This document shows positions 22,793 through 34,714 of a stretch of 48,040 nt of DNA, piece after piece. Origin of the DNA: Nemertoderma westbladi (Eukaryota > Animalia > Xenacoelomorpha); assembly GCA_032718475.1 (NCBI GenBank), contig JAUCBJ010003570.1, forward strand, positions 1 to 48,040, written 5' to 3'. Every line of letters begins with the position of its first letter. Positions within the stretch are counted from its first letter, which is position 1. The notes under the pieces are model-generated. The model searched no databases, was not told the origin of the DNA, and was given only the letters and a program-made list of their open reading frames with translations. A program made the position numbers and the translations under genes.

Positions 22793-22919
22793 ACCGGTGT
22801 AACAGCAGATCCTGTCCCGTCAGAATCGGTACCCCTGGAACTAGCGAACTGAATCCCCCCCCCCCCCCCCCCCCCCGTACTTAATCGGCGAGGGGGACAG
22901 ATTCTGATGTTACACCGGT
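22793..22919. mobile_element. 127-bp MITE
   Basis: Imperfect ~26-bp TIRs ACCGGTGTAACA(G/T)CAGA..CTGTCCC at both ends; no clear TSD. Confidence 0.75.
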
Positions 22920-23077
22920 ATGGAGTCCCAGGAAACACGCAGGCCACAACTCGAAAATTTATGTAACATGACGGAGTAATATTTGGGTACTTTAATGTAA
23001 ATAAATTATATATTTGACGCGTGTTACGTTAGCCACTGTCAATCGAATTGCGAATTGTTTCCGTTTCAATATTTAGT

Positions 23078-23294
23078 TCATGGATTTTCAATAACATATA
23101 TAAACTCAAACATATCCGGCAAAGGATCGGTGTCTGTGCATTCCATAACGATCATAACAAGGCCGTCGATAGAGTCGAATTCTAGAGCGACGCCATCAGC
23201 ATTGGGGTCTCCCTTGCCGTTGAATTCGAGGACCTCAGTGTCTTCTCTAACTTCGTAAATTTTAACCCCGGGGTCTTTTGGGGAAACTACAGCC
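23078..23294 (-). CDS. Putative terminal exon, weakly cadherin-repeat-like
   Basis: Acceptor TTTCATTTTCATTGCAG at 23295; GC-richer open frame YEVREDT...VMIVMECTDTD...IYVIEN resembles the cadherin pattern Y.V.ED...V..V.A.D.D...Y.I; upstream exons not found. Confidence 0.4.
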
Positions 23295-23359
23295 CTGCAA
23301 TGAAAATGAAAAGAATATATATAATTTTTTAATGTTTTAACATCCATAGATTGTATTTT

Positions 23360-23536
23360 TTATTAAATAATTTAAACAGGACTTAGGATGATCCTACTCT
23401 GTAGCAAATGGAGCTGAAAAATGAATTCGCCACCAGCGGGGATCGAACTCGCGTCTCCCACAGGTGGCGAATATATTTTTTCCGCTCCATTTGCTATAGA
23501 GTTGGATCATCCTGTCCTGTTTAAATTACTTAATAA
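23360..23536. mobile_element. Foldback element with a tRNA-like B-box in the loop
   Basis: ~75-bp imperfect inverted arms (TTATTAAATAATTTAAACAGGAC...TTCGCCACC / GGTGGCGAA...GTCCTGTTTAAATTACTTAATAA) around GGGGATCGAACTC. Confidence 0.8.
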
Positions 23537-23754
23537 CATTTTTTTTGAAGATACACCCTTAGACCCAGGGTAAATTGAATTCTCAATATTTCAATAAAAT
23601 TACGGATGTTAAAATATATACAGTGTAGTCACATTAAAACAATAAAATTTCATGCCGAGCTTACTTTTTATTTATTGACAGTACTCTCTCATATTCTAAA
23701 AGTATAATATCAAAATTATACAAGAATGGAATAATTTTTGGGCTCGTTAAAGCC

Positions 23755-24507
23755 AAGGAATGCCTGTTCACCACCATGGGTGATCTTCCACAGTAAACCC
23801 TTCCACTCTGTTTCCTAAAGGAACACCTGTTCACCCCCCATGGGTGATCTTCCACCGTAAACCCTTCCACTCTGTTTCCAAAAGGAATGCCTGTTCACCA
23901 TCATGGGCAATCTTCCACAGTAAACCCATCCACTCCGTTTCCCAAATGAATGTATGTTCACCATCATGGCATGGGTGGTCTTATTCCACAGTAAACCCTT
24001 CCACTATGTTTCCTAAAGGAATGCCTGTTCACCACCATGGGTGATCTTCCACAGTAGACCCTTCCACTCGGTTTCCTAAAGGAATGCCTGTTCACCACCA
24101 TGGGTGATCTTCCACAGTAAACCCTTCCACTCTGTTTCCTAAAGGAATGCCTGTTCACCACCATGGGTGATCTTCCACAGTAAACCCTTCCACTCTGTTT
24201 CCTAAAGGAATACCTGTTCACCACCATGGGTGATCTTCCACAGTAAAGCCTTCCACTCTGTTTCCTAAAGGAACACCTGTTCACCCCCCATGGGTGATCT
24301 TCCACAGTAAACCCTTCCACTCTGTTTCCAAAGGAATGTCTGTTCACCATCATTGGCGATCTTCCACAGTAAACCCATCCACTCTGTTTCCCAAATGAAT
24401 GTATGTTCACCATCATGGCATGGGTGGTCTTCTTCCACAGCAAACCCTTCGACTCTGTTTCCTAAAGAAATGCCTGTTCATCACCACGGGTTATCTTCCA
24501 CAGTAAA
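23755..24507. repeat. 63-bp minisatellite, ~12 copies
   Basis: Unit AAGGAATGCCTGTTCACCACCATGGGTGATCTTCCACAGTAAACCCTTCCACTCTGTTTCCTA; no unique spacers. Confidence 0.95.
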
Positions 24508-24764
24508 CAAGTTACAACGGTTCCCATTTATCGAACTGTTAAGGATGAAAGCCAAGGTTAGGCGGTTTGGTTAGGCCAAGGTTTGCGGTGTTTCGACCTA
24601 CAGTCGATTGCGTTGACACGCGATATTTTTCATGGTTAGGGGTATATCACCAGAAACCCGATGAGTTGACTTACAGTAATGTAACAAACATTTTATATAC
24701 CCGTAAGTTTTTTGGTTTACCAGTGAACAGTATTTTCGAATGCGTCCACAGCGATTCCAATTAA

Positions 24765-25457
24765 GGGGAGTTTTGACCTCAATTTTGGTCCAAATTTCTT
24801 GAAAACAACTCGACTCTACAAAAGTTATCTTATCGAATATTTAATTAGCCCTATTTAATTAATTTAAATTTGATTTTAATCAATTAATTTAATTAATTAA
24901 TTATCATATTTTAAAAAATTGGCTAATTAGAAAAAATGGTAATTTTATCAAAATTCCATAAGATAACTTTTAAAGAGCTTCCAAAGCTCGTTCGAATGAG
25001 CCATAAATGAAGAAAATTAGTTAAAAAATGACGGAGGAGTAGTTATTTGAAAATGAAAAATGTTATTCCGAGAAAATGCGATTCAAAGTTTAAACCGTCC
25101 CGCCAAAAGTGGCTGTCTGTGTTCTGGTTGGTTAATTATTTCTGATATGAAGGATGCACATCAAAGACCTAAGATTTTTATTACGGGGGCTTTTGGGGTC
25201 GCTGATTCCATTTTCGATGTCAGTTTTAATGTTTGGTGGAATATAGTCTGTCTGTCTGTCTGTCGGTTTTCTGTCTTTCTTAAAATTTGATGGACAGACC
25301 GACATACGGAAAAACAGTTATAACTCGAGAACTAAAGCAGGTCTCACTAAGCGGTTTTCAGATTTGTAATCCTCTTTAAATTCTGCTCTAGACGAAATAA
25401 AGAAACAAGAATTTCAAAATTTGAGCAAAGGGGGGGTATACCCCCCCCCCCCCCCCC
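24765..25457. mobile_element. Non-autonomous DNA transposon with TTAA flanks (Kolobok-like)
   Basis: TTAA|GGGG ... CCCC|TTAA; RR...YY termini with a TTAA TSD are the Kolobok pattern; no ORF. Confidence 0.5.
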
Positions 25458-25789
25458 TTAAGTATCTCTGCCTTACTCAATGTTAAATAAATAATTTTCT
25501 GGAACGTGAATTTTTATAAAACTAAGTGTAAAGTTTATTATCTATTTTGATCCACTTTCAAATTTATCACACCTTTTCATTTTTTCATGCGCATTTACCA
25601 TATAATGTTACAATTTTGAAACAAAATCAAATGTGTAATGAAAAGTGCATTTATTAACAGTCATAGTCGTAGTAGCCTTATTTGCCTTAACCACGTTCGT
25701 TTTGTAAAACTAACAACTCCTTTGACTGTAATGTAAAGTGTACTTTACAGACAAGTGTGTAGAAGTTAGGCCTATTACCTACTACCCCC

Positions 25790-26370
25790 ACAACTACTAT
25801 CGGCATGCTGCATTCAGCTGCATTATATATATTACATATATATCAAGAATGCTGTGTCGGCCGTACACAAAATTGCGCCGCCACAACTCCCTATCACCCA
25901 TGACAATTGCTAGATCATTCGCATCTTCAAGGCCAGTGCCCTTTAAAGAGGTTTCTCAAAAGGTTATGGGCTTTCAACCATGCTTATAAAATTATGCACT
26001 GGCTGGTCCGCACGGCGAAAGCAATGTCCTACAAAGCGGAGGCGACTCCGTTAAAGTGTCAAGCTTGGGTGAACCAATGAGACACCTCCAATGTTAATTG
26101 TACTTGACACAATGAACACGGCGCAGCTTACTTGTGAAAGTTCCATCCGAGATTTGCTATCCTTAGATCTGCAGTTAGAGCCCAGCATGGATTCCCATGT
26201 AAGAGTACTGGACGGGTACTACATAGCTGCCCTAAATAATCGAATCTTGAGATTTCGTTTTACACTATGGAACTTACAAATAGTGACAGACCCTATCAAT
26301 GCAACCCCTTACGTATTTCATGGTCTTTAACTGACTTTCTGATCCATGATCCCAAATTTCAAAAGTCAAC
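25790..26370 (-). mobile_element. Decayed 3' fragment of the RTE-like LINE family
   Basis: Reverse complement of 19850-20460 with indels; same GCAGCATGCCGAT(AGT)n end. Confidence 0.85.
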
Positions 26371-26566
26371 CACGTGTGATATTGTATTATGGGATGGTGT
26401 ATTATTGGACTGATTAGTATGTATTGTATAGGTTAGGTAGGTATGATATAGTAGTATCTTGTTAGCACCTAGGGTGTTAACAATACATACTGATTAGTAT
26501 GTATTGTATAGGTTAGGTAGGTATGATATAGTAGTATCTTGTTAGCACCTAGGGTGTGAACCTTAC

Positions 26567-29500
26567 CTGGGACTGAACAAAGCCTTTGAGGCGGCCAATG
26601 AAACTTTTATCCCTTCAGGAGATTCGACCCTTAAGGGCTGGTAAAGAGTCTTCCCACTTCATCCATTTCTTTAACAGTTCTCCCTTAAGTGCATCATCCC
26701 AAGAGTCGTTTTCAAGCCACATTTGTTGAACTAGACTACGAGCAACTAGGATTACAAGACTAATAAATCCCAACGGATTGAAATACGTGCTCAGAATCCT
26801 CAGGCAAATCCTCTTAGTTTGAAAAGGATCATCGCATTGTTTTAATTGGAAGAATAAAATATTCCCCTAAGTATCCCACTTTAATCCGAGGGTTTTCGTT
26901 TCTGGGAGGTCGTCTTTAATGAGGTCGAGATCTTTATCACCACGTTCTTCTTCTGGGATCGCCTCCAGAAAGTCAAGGGAGTTGCTGGTAAATTTAGTTA
27001 ACCGGAATCCACCACATTGAAGACACTCTACCGTTCCCTTGGCAACCTTGATTGCTTCTTCCACCGTAGGCAAGGATTTGAGGTTGTTGTCCATGTAGAT
27101 GTCGCGTTTGATGTTATTGATGACCGCTTTGGGGAAGGCGTCTCAATTTTCGACAGCAGTGGTACACACTACCGAACAAGCGTTAGATGGACTAGAGATA
27201 ATGCCGAAGGCCTGGACAGTCATCCAGTACTCTACCAGTTCTTTATAAAATTCTCCTTCCAGCCACCATAAGAACCTTAACCTATCTCGGTCTCGTTACA
27301 ATGCTTTCACTTGTAGAAACATGCTTTCAATGTCGGAGGCAAGGCGATGGAATACTGCCGGAGTTGTTGTAATATTCCCAACAGCGATTGGAGTAAGTTG
27401 GGTCCCGGCAATAATTCTGAGTTCAGGGATTGTCCTTTATATATCGTGGCACCGTCGAACACTACCCGGACTTCATTGGGTATGCCGGGTTTGGGAACGT
27501 AATGGTGAGTTAGATAATAAATCTCTCCGTTATGGGTGTTTCTATGGGAACTCGCTCCACGTATCGCTTATCGATGAACTTCTTCAATTGGGTCTTGTAC
27601 ATTTCATTAGCTTTATCATTCAAAGATAAGTGTCAGTACAGTTGTTCGATTCTTTTGATGGCTAATGGTCAATTATTGATGAAGCTGGGCTCTTGTCTCC
27701 AGAAAGGTAAACCGATCTCGTAATGACCCTCCTTCTTGATATAATGAGTAGTCATCACTTGGATTTGTTTAGCTCTCTCCTCCTCTACGGATAGAGCTCT
27801 ATCTTAAGAGTTAGGTTCCACAGCCTCTTGGGTAAAGAATCATACTGCATGTTCATCTCTCAGTTTAGAATTATATCACTCCACTACCTCGTTTAGCTCG
27901 TCATCCTCATAGGCCAACAACTCGTTGTTCTTTTGTATTAAATGACACAGTTCGGTTTGTTTTATCCAGGTTTGATTCTCGGGGAGGGGCTCAATAGTAT
28001 TGACCTCATCATACAATACCTGAATGTCATCGTTATCTGAGGAGCATGGAATTTCCTCAGCTGAGATAACCTCATCGTTTACGGCTTCCACACTATCACA
28101 TACCTGATTAATGTGTTCGTTTTCCATTCTTTCTCTGAGAGTGCGCCTGGATGGTCCCATGAAGTACCAACCTACTCTGGTCTGTCCCGCGTAAGTTTGT
28201 AGAGGTCGCGGTTTAGAAGGTCACTTCTCAAGTGTCTCTAGCGCTTCATACGCATTCTGTCCGAGTAGCATCTGGACTCCAGGATAGTTAGTCTTAAATC
28301 TGGGGACTCTATACTGCTGGGCAAAGCTGACCTTGTCCGAGTTCTAAGGTTCCCCCTGACTGGTGGCAAAGTTCTTAATAGCTACCATCTTGATATTAGG
28401 TTTAAGATTAGTTATCTTTTGTTGGACTGTGTTCTGTATACGAGTTCTTTCTTCGGGCTTCTTACTAGGAATCCTCTTGGGTGATGAAAGTCTTAAGTTG
28501 TTCTCCTTTGTTGTTATTAGGCAGAACCTTGGGTTTTCCCATGTCCTTACCTTTATTTGTATAATAGACATCAGCAGTGTCTTGTCCGCTGTCCTCATCA
28601 TATGAGGTTTGACTCTCATACTCTGTGGAACATACAGGAGTTACCTTTCTCTTAGTAACTGGTTTCTCGCTTACCTTAGTTTCAGGAGTCTTCTCTCTAG
28701 ACTATTTAATTAACTGTAATCTTACCTCTCCTGTTAGGAAAGACTTAATGTCCGCCAGATCTCTCTTATGCTGGTCCTCAAAGTATAAAACCTTTTTGTC
28801 CCAACGAGTACCTACTCCCCCCTTTGGCAAAGATGCTGCTACAGCTCCTACTACCATAGAACTTTGGTACTTGTGAGATTTACCTAACCAGTCTAACTGT
28901 CTACAGATATCCTGAACCTCATTAGAAAACTTTATGATTCCATTTCTAGGGAATCTCTGGGGCACTACTAATTTTGCATACAAGTATCTAGCTATGTTAG
29001 TCCTATTACCATACCTGATATTGAGTGTATCCCAAACTTGTCTTAATCCGACAGATGTCTGATGAACTTTAACACCATCCAAGCACCTTCCAAGGACCTT
29101 CCAAGCACTCAATGAGGAATCGTAACTTTGCTCCATTCGATAATAGAGAGTTTTGTAAGTTGTCCTTATAATATTAGCCACTTCATCTCATCTCCATTAA
29201 ACATGACAACCTCTTTCACCTTTACGGCTTGATGGGCTTCCGTTCTAGCCATCTGACGCGTAAAACTCTCCTGAGCCATCGTATTATTCAATATCGAATT
29301 ATCCGAATATATATTTCTTGGATCATTGTCAGGCACATATGGCACATCATTATAAGTTGGTCTATTAATATAATTAGTATGGTTTGCTATAGGAGTTTCC
29401 ACTTCACTAGCAGTATAGATGCATGTAGGCTCTACACCTTGAGCATGATATGATTCAGACCTAAGATGCTTAAATGAAGTTACAGGGGGTGGTGGTATAC

Positions 29501-29660
29501 CCTTTTATATATTTACTAATTTATCACTTTCTAGAGCAATACATTGCTGTACTTCTTGCAACTCAATTTTATTATCTCGTACTGTTCCCTTCAATGAGTT
29601 AACAGCACCTTCCAAATCCCTCAACTGATCCACAGTTTTAGTTTTGGATTGGGGTAACTG
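26567..29660 (-). pseudogene. pol: Decayed BEL/Pao gag-pol (gag, protease region, RT, start of the Pao domain), 3'-truncated
   Basis: VVMFNGD and WDTLNIRYGN (gag); YEIGLPF, LASDIESMFLQV, IYMDN (RT); KTLGLKWD, TKRICLRILSTYFNPLGFI, WDD (Pao-type); many stops and frameshifts. Confidence 0.85.
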
Positions 29661-29791
29661 CCAGAGAAGGTCGCACTTCACCGCTCCACTCCACCCAAAA
29701 AAAAAGGGACGTTAAATTCAATTCCATATTAACAATACATATATAATACGCACTGCATTAAAGAAAAAAAAATGTAATTTAAAATATGAAA

Positions 29792-30150
29792 TTATAATTT
29801 GAATGTAACACGCTTATTTATTTTTACATGAGTTTCATTTTTAGCCTCACTTTCTATAACTGGTTTCACCCGGTCTAGAGAAATTACCTCGGGTGTATTG
29901 TGTCGTTGAATGGTGACGGTTTTGTCACCCAATTGTATTACTGGGTATGGTCCGAGATAGCAAGGTTTCAGTGATCCACGTTTAATGGGGTCTCTCAACC
30001 AAATCTGCTTCGCATATTTCAGTGAAGTCGGAACATAGGATTTAGATTTATGAACTCTTACTGGTGGAATGAAAGAATCAACTTTATTATAGAGCTTAGA
30101 AACGAAGTCTGGCAAATCGGTTAATTTCTCATGTTCGAAGAATTGTCCGG
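29792..30150 (-). pseudogene. Ty3/Gypsy integrase C-terminal (GPY/F) fragment
   Basis: GQFF...VPTSLKYAKQIWLRD..RGSLKPCYLGPYPV...ISLDRVKP. Confidence 0.8.
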
Positions 30151-30151
30151 G

Positions 30152-30570
30152 CAGTGCCGGATTAACCTTAAGGCATATAAGGCACGTGCCTTAGGGCCAG
30201 CTGAAAATACGGGCCATTTTTTCTCAACGAGTCATTCCTGTGAAAAAAATATTTTCTAAAATTTGTAGAAAACAGAGCAAGAAAGTGCATCTTTCGACTA
30301 CTTTCTATCCCTAAATTTCTGATAGAATGTGCTGCAAAATTCTAGCTCAGTCGACCGACAGGTGCTGTGTTATTAGTTCGAGACCTGATGGCAGGGAAAT
30401 AATATAACATGGGCAGTAAAACATTAAAGTGCTAATTATGAACAATGGAGAATTTAATTGAATTTTTTTTTCAATTTAATTTTAATTATATTTGTCGTTA
30501 TGCTCTTAAACCTTCTAGAACACCCACATAATTAGTTGTAGATAAAATAGTTGTTGATAAAGAAAAACGT
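30152..30570 (+). mobile_element. One end of a hAT-like DNA transposon interrupting the Gypsy fragment
   Basis: Begins CAGTGCCGGATTAACC with subterminal TAAGGCA repeats; no partner TIR seen. Confidence 0.45.
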
Positions 30571-32494
30571 GTCTAGTTTCCACCCCTTCCAGCCTTCGGG
30601 TTGGGGGGGGGGGGGGGGGGGTTGTGGGGCACACCGCGCCGTCTGCCGGGCTATACACATCTGACGCGTTCACATTAATAGCACCATTCCCAATATTATT
30701 TGTTAAGTCGATTAAATTATTAGAATTTGAGACGGGATTATTATTTAAATTATTTTGTGTATTCAGATTTAAATTATTCGAATTATTTTGATTATTCTGA
30801 ATATTTGAATTAATATTATTATTTGAATTTAAACTTATACCACTACTACCAGGTAAAATATTTCCTGTAATAAAGGGATTAGGGTTATCTACTACGGTAC
30901 TATTAATACCAACATTTCCTAGCGTACTACTACTACCCCCCTCGCCCGTACGGCTACTGTACGTGTACCGCACGCTCTGTTCTCTTGCCTCACGCTCTTC
31001 GCGTTCACTCTCTTGCTCCTTCCTTCCCCTCAGTCACCACTCTAATTCTTCCATTTTTAATTTATATGCCATGCGTTCACTCTCTCGCACCCGTCTTTCT
31101 TTTGCGGAGGATGTAGCAGACTTATCGGTTGCGACGGACTTCCGCCGCCCCTCCGTCCTACTAACTTTCCCCCGCTTTCCGGGGTTCTCGCTGACCGACG
31201 AGACCGAATCCTCGGAGCTAACCTCGGATTCGCCCTCGTGCGGTCCCGCCCAACCCACTAACTTAACTTCCCTGGCATCGACTAAGTATGGCCCTATGTA
31301 CACTACATCAGGCCCCATACCCCTACGTTCCCATAGCCCAAACAGTTCGATGGCAACCCCTCTCGCTCTCTTGCCGGCTAGTTCTCCCTGCCCAGAACGC
31401 ACTAGGTAATCAAGGTATCTGTTCGACTCACCTAGTCGTCTCCTCAACTTCACCTGGTCTATCTCAGCCCCTCCTTTGGCTTCCTTCAGTTGCTCCCGGG
31501 TCGCGGCGTAGGCTCGTCGGAGCCGGACGACCCCGACATCCTCGTCGTCGACATCTCCTCTCTCCCCTCCGGGTCCGACGTCGTACCATCGGCTCCACCG
31601 TTGCCGTTCCGGTGGGCCGTTCGTCGCCCTCGGCCTGTGGCTGGCCAGCGACATCGGCATATCGACCGCCGCCCTGTGTTGACTCGTCTCTCTCCCCTCC
31701 CGACTCGTCTCTCTCTTCTCGTTGTAGACGGCCCCCCTCCTCTTGGATTACCGGATCGTTCGTCGACGGATCCGGCGTCGTGGGTAAATACCGTCCCGTC
31801 GCGGCCTCGCGGATCGTTAGATCGTCGCCCGGGGTCCGCGGCGGTGTCATCTTCTCTTCTCGACTCATCCTTTCTCTTTACTCTAGCGGTCACAGTTTAT
31901 TGCGTTGGTTTATAGTTTGACTGTGACGGGATCAATGGATCCAGACCGGTTTTAGTTAGTACGCGTCACAGCGGGCTGATGGGTGGATGTGATATAATAT
32001 ATATAAGGTCTGAGTTCGGTGTTCAACTGAAGTATAATATTGTAATATAGATAATAGCAATAATTGGTAGATACAGGTACCGGTAGGATAATGTATACAG
32101 CACCGCAACGGCGGTCAAACTATGAGGCCGGTCCGCGGTAAACTAATCACTGAGTAAACTGACCGGTAATGTGGTATGTAACATAATATATATTGGTTAC
32201 TGCACTGTGGCCTTGCTACTCAGCTGATGCCTGCCCCCCCCCCCCCATTGGCTACTAATCCACTTCACACCCTTTGCCCTGTGGGGGTGTTTCCCCCCGC
32301 TGCTGTTACTTCTCCCTTCTCCCTGGAGGCTTAACCCCTGACCTCCATTGTGTGAGGCCCTCTGGGGTTTGTTGTCCCCGTTTTATTGGGGTGACACGAG
32401 GTTGATATTGGTAATCAACCTCGTGCTCCCAATATTGCTTAGAGGCCTCGCTGGCCCAACTTTGTGGGGTGTTAGCGGAATTGATTCGCTAACA
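30570..32494 (-). mobile_element. Element A, 5' portion: 5' LTR plus frameshifted gag N-terminus
   Basis: LTR 32494-31922, ATG at 31868 (MSREEKMTPPRTP), frames 31034-31660 and 30515-30973; homologous to 46641-48040. Confidence 0.85.
31922..32494 (-). repeat. 5' LTR of element A (573 bp)
   Basis: Reverse complement of 8931-9507 with about 5 substitutions and small indels; outer flank reads ACTCT on the element strand. Confidence 0.92.
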
Positions 32495-33090
32495 AGAGTG
32501 AAGAAACCCGTAGGAAACTTCATGAAAGATTAAAAACATTAAAAAATACCAAAACAGAACAAGATATTATAAATCTATATCAGTGTTTCACCCAGTCAGG
32601 TAAACTTAATGACTAGCAGAAGTGAAACTTCAAGTAAAGGTGGAACAACAATTAATTTAAATGCAAAAATAAATACGGCAGAACAATGGACAAATAACTG
32701 GTGTAGGTGTGGACAAAGTAATTCTAGTAAAACTAATAAAAATAATAAAGTTAATAAGACGGCATCTGAAGGTAGGCAGAATGTCAGTAAAACATTACAA
32801 GGCCGCGCATCTCATGGAGAAACCAACCAGGAGGTTCCGGAGGACGTCGGGGAAATAGCGCACTGGGACTTTTCCATAGGCACCGCCAGAAACTGGGAGG
32901 GCCGTACAACGGCAGACGATGACACAACCCAGTAGCGCCACACGACGGCAGAATTTTTCGAAAATCCCATTACTGTAGCAGAAAGAGGCTCACATAGCCA
33001 CAATACAGTAGAAACTCGCACAGAAAACAATGTGCGTTTTAAAAATAATACGGATGAAGTTGAACATCACCAATCTAAACCTTTAAATTT
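32495..33090 (+). pseudogene. Continuation of the old BEL-like gag remnant interrupted by element A
   Basis: The frame from the reverse complement of 9600-9508 continues here as HESEETRRKLHERLKTLK. Confidence 0.5.
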
Positions 33091-33339
33091 GGTTTTTATT
33101 TATTTATATTATATTATTTTTTACATTTTTATATTATTTTATTTTAAATTTGGTTGGTATCTTTTCTTTATAGACAATGGACAGCCTATGGGCCTACCGT
33201 TCACAGTTAGGCAAATAATACAGTACGGAGTAGGTACTTTTTTAATTTATGTAAGTAGTTAATTAATTTTACAACGGGATCTCAATGTTCACCTGTTAAC
33301 GTAAATCTATCACACAACACGGATGTACCTCAATCTACC

Positions 33340-34620
33340 GGTGGCGGCATCCGAAATCAGACCTCAGACATGTCTCCTCCGCTTCCCACCTCACAATCGC
33401 AGTTAAACCCACAAACACCAGAAGACTGGCAGAGGATAACAAAAAAAAGGAAGGACATCATCCAAGAACCTATCAGGAGCTGCTGCAAATTGCTAATAGA
33501 AGAAACACTTCCACCAAACCCACAACACCAATCATAAACAACTGTTAATCTCGACAAGTCTTAGAATGCATAGATTGCAAGGGAATCTTTGCAAACAAAG
33601 CTAATCTGGATAAACACAACTGCCCTGGTGATACTTTGGACACATCTACGAGCTTATCCCACCAAAACCATTCCGTCTCTATATCATCCACTGAGACCTT
33701 GTGGTGCATCTGTTCACTGAACATACCCTCAGCTTTGCTTGCATGGCTGTGAAAACTGGGCTCACTTCAATTGCCTCTGCACCGGAATGACCCACGCTGA
33801 GTCTGCTACCATCAGTAAATATGCTACCCATTTTAAGACATACTGTCCCATCTGTGATCCTCTACTCATGCAATCAACACCAAAACTATGTCAAATCCCA
33901 GATATGTCGATGCTGCATACAACAGTCAAAGAAGTTGTCTCCAAGGAAATAAAACCGATAAAGTCTTCACTATCCGAGCTCGGTGATGCCATATTGATTG
34001 CCTCTTTAACTGTGACTGTAAATGATACAATCGCAAAGACCCAAGAGGACAATTGCCTTTGAGTCTGGTGCCAACAAGGATTTCCCAATACCTAATTTAT
34101 ATCTTCGCCCAAACAATACTCAAGGGCAGCATCAATTTACATCTAAGATCTAACATCAACCACCCCCAGACAAGCAGTGCTGCGCTGATCTACGAGAAAG
34201 GAAAAGACTTAACATCATAATCCACAACGTTCCTAATCCTGTATCCAGTATGACAATGATGTGTTAAAAAGCTGCCTAGTATCAATAAACAGCAATAATA
34301 TTCAAACCCGTAATATAAGGCGCCTCCCGCTGTTATGTTAATCACCAACCAAATGGTTTTGCAAACAAGATTGTCGTACACAACTCTGAAATCTGAAGCT
34401 GTAAAGGGAAAATTCTAAACTCCCTGTACGATGGTGGGAGCAATACCTTCGATATCGAGTTATCTAACAATATAAATCAATATGTCCGTATTACTCCAGA
34501 CAGAACACAAAGGAACTTGAATCACTGAATCAGTACGTAATCTAAACGTGAATCTAATCTAAACTACCTGACTGATGAATACCTACCGACAAAAATACAG
34601 AAACTTAGAAGGTTGAAAAT
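33340..34620 (+). pseudogene. Decayed PHD-finger LINE ORF1 (CR1/L2-like)
   Basis: WCIC...CENWAHFNC...YCPIC PHD pattern across a frameshift; downstream VRITPDRT motif typical of ORF1 C-termini. Confidence 0.55.
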
Positions 34621-34714
34621 ATTGATCATCGCATAATCGCTTCCTTCAAGAATTAGCTATGGGAATATAATAACTACAGTACTGTATAATACAATATGAG
34701 TACCAGTTAAATAA

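Noticed and set aside
23755-24507. CRISPR array, or a 159-aa repeat protein
   Set aside because: Head-to-tail units with no unique spacers and no cas genes in a eukaryotic context; the ORFs arise because the unit is a multiple of 3 and are broken by indels.
8931-32494. Giant DNA transposon bounded by ~575-bp terminal inverted repeats
   Set aside because: The repeats have TG..CA ends, a PPT and adjoining gag. The 5-bp duplication lies on the inner side of one repeat and the outer side of the other, which fits a split LTR element rather than TIRs.
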